DNA of 64,000 nucleotides from Vairimorpha necatrix (Eukaryota): NCBI GenBank assembly GCA_036630325.1, contig CP142732.1, positions 248,001 to 312,000 of the forward strand, read 5' to 3'. Shown piece by piece: positions 62,466 to 64,000 of this stretch (position 1 is its first letter; each line of letters starts with the position of its first letter). The notes under the pieces were generated by a model. It saw only the letters and a program-made list of their open reading frames with translations, ran no database searches and was not told where the DNA came from. The position numbers and the translations under genes were made by a program.

Positions 62466-64000
62466 TGTGGTATTATAAATACCACAAATTATTTATTTTT
62501 ATTTTATCAATTTTCCCTTTTTGGAAAATAGACCATTCGACCGGTCTATTCCAAAAATCAAATATTTATTTCCTTTTTGCCCTGACCCCTACAAAATTAT
62601 GAGACAAGACAAAGATCAGTACCCTTGGAATCCACGACCAAGGAAGGGCCTCAGAGCCAGGGACCAGTATCCCATTACGGATGCCCAACGAGGCTTTAAT
62701 CAATCAAATAAAACATATAATTTAATAGAACTATATTTGTCCAGAGGTAGCTCCTCTGGATTGCGTCATTTTGAATTCAAAGACGAATTAAATAGTAATT
62801 ACGAAGATAGAAATTCCATGTTCGAATACAGAGAATTCGACATGAAGATCACTGGAACAGATGTGATAAGTAAAGAAAAATTAAAAATTATTAAAAAACC
62901 ATCAGAAATTTCAATGGTGGAGCTACAGAAATTTGAGAATCTAGCAGAGGCCAATGGCTGGAATGATGAGCAGATGGGAAGAATATATGGGACCATGTTA
63001 GTTGGTGATCACTTTTTAAACGCCAAGTATAGTAAATCATACTTAAAATTAAGAGCGGCATTACTAGAAATTGCCTATCCTAGAAACATGAGATTTAGAA
63101 TTGCACAGGAGCTCGAAGATGTTAGGCAGTGCAACCACATATATCTGGAAGATTATGTTAAGAATATTTCCCAAAAGTTAGATGCCTACAGTTTCTCAAA
63201 TAATTTAACTAAGCAAGAAGCTGAGAGAAAATTTTCAGAAGTATTTTTTAGAGGACTAGGTAAACAAACTGAGATGGAACTTTGCAAAAATGAGGTTAAT
63301 ACGCGGACCACTTCAGACGTTATTGCTTATCTAAAGACTTTAGAATCAACTATTATTTCTCAAATAGGAAGACGAAACAAGAATGGATATGTACCTAAAG
63401 AAACAAGCAAAATTTGCAAATCAAGAAATCCCTATTGTAGTGTGCACAAGAGCTTTTCGCACAATACAAGAGATTGTAGACTTCGGAACAATCTCAAAGA
63501 TACTAAAGATAAAACGATACATTTTGAAGAAAAAACAAAAAGAAATAATATGGTTATTCAGCTAGGAACAACAAGTAATCAGAAAGAAGTAAAAATAGTA
63601 GGAATATTAGACTCCAATAATTACTTATTGTTAATTGATACAGGTTCACACTTGAATTTTGTGAGTGAACAAGTGGTCAACATGAATGATCATATAGCTG
63701 AACCGTGTCAGCCCTTCACTACTATATTTGGAAATGGAGATGAAAGAATGATTAACACTAAAGCTAGAATACGAATAAGGTTGTCTCCAAATATTATCAT
63801 GGATATTGAATTCTATATTATTAAAAATTGCCCGGTCGATTTACTACTAGGATCTGAATGGCTAAGGAAGAATAAAGCTACAATTGATTTTGCTAACCAA
63901 TCACTTGTTATCAACAATGAAAAAATTCCCTTTATGGACGCGATACTAAACACGGATGAGATGTTAAATGAACGATTTAACAATTTACTTTATGTGTCTC
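62466..64000 (+). mobile_element. Ty3/Gypsy element 5' part; 5' LTR 62466-62768
   Basis: LTR homologous to the 45703/51730 LTRs; starts TGTGGTATTATAAATACCACA and ends GCGTCA. Confidence 0.92.
62599..64000 (+). CDS. Uninterrupted Gag-protease(-Pol) ORF running off the window (absent from the ORF track)
   Basis: Manual translation open for 467 codons: MRQDKDQYPW..., CSVHKSFSHNTRDC knuckle, LIDTGS protease, DLLLG. Confidence 0.9.
   Translation, partial: MRQDKDQYPWNPRPRKGLRARDQYPITDAQRGFNQSNKTYNLIELYLSRGSSSGLRHFEFKDELNSNYEDRNSMFEYREFDMKITGTDVISKEKLKIIKKPSEISMVELQKFENLAEANGWNDEQMGRIYGTMLVGDHFLNAKYSKSYLKLRAALLEIAYPRNMRFRIAQELEDVRQCNHIYLEDYVKNISQKLDAYSFSNNLTKQEAERKFSEVFFRGLGKQTEMELCKNEVNTRTTSDVIAYLKTLESTIISQIGRRNKNGYVPKETSKICKSRNPYCSVHKSFSHNTRDCRLRNNLKDTKDKTIHFEEKTKRNNMVIQLGTTSNQKEVKIVGILDSNNYLLLIDTGSHLNFVSEQVVNMNDHIAEPCQPFTTIFGNGDERMINTKARIRIRLSPNIIMDIEFYIIKNCPVDLLLGSEWLRKNKATIDFANQSLVINNEKIPFMDAILNTDEMLNERFNNLLYVS

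Overview
AT-rich eukaryotic DNA, most likely microsporidian (inferred from CCC/GGG motifs just before almost every ATG, intronless ultra-compact elements and the TE mix). About 85% of the window is a deeply nested transposon cluster: about a dozen Ty3/Gypsy LTR retrotransposons or remnants (LTRs 124-320 bp, 5-bp TSDs), 15 Merlin/IS1595-like DNA transposons (8-bp TSDs), 2 Mutator-like elements and one fragment of a non-LTR retroelement with a restriction-like endonuclease. I found no host protein-coding gene. Two things stand out. (1) The ORF-less stretches (55.5-61.5 kb on +, and 6.5-7.56 kb plus 12.76-13.13 kb on -) carry collinear remnants of SSU, 5.8S and LSU rRNA signature motifs. They look like two hyper-divergent rDNA-like units, with giant hairpins at expansion-prone positions. 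(2) One Gypsy clade has no tRNA primer-binding site. It has a 12-14 nt palindrome right after the 5' LTR, a hairpin at the LTR 5' end, and a Gag ORF that starts inside the LTR. All calls were made by eye; no alignment, folding or database search was run.
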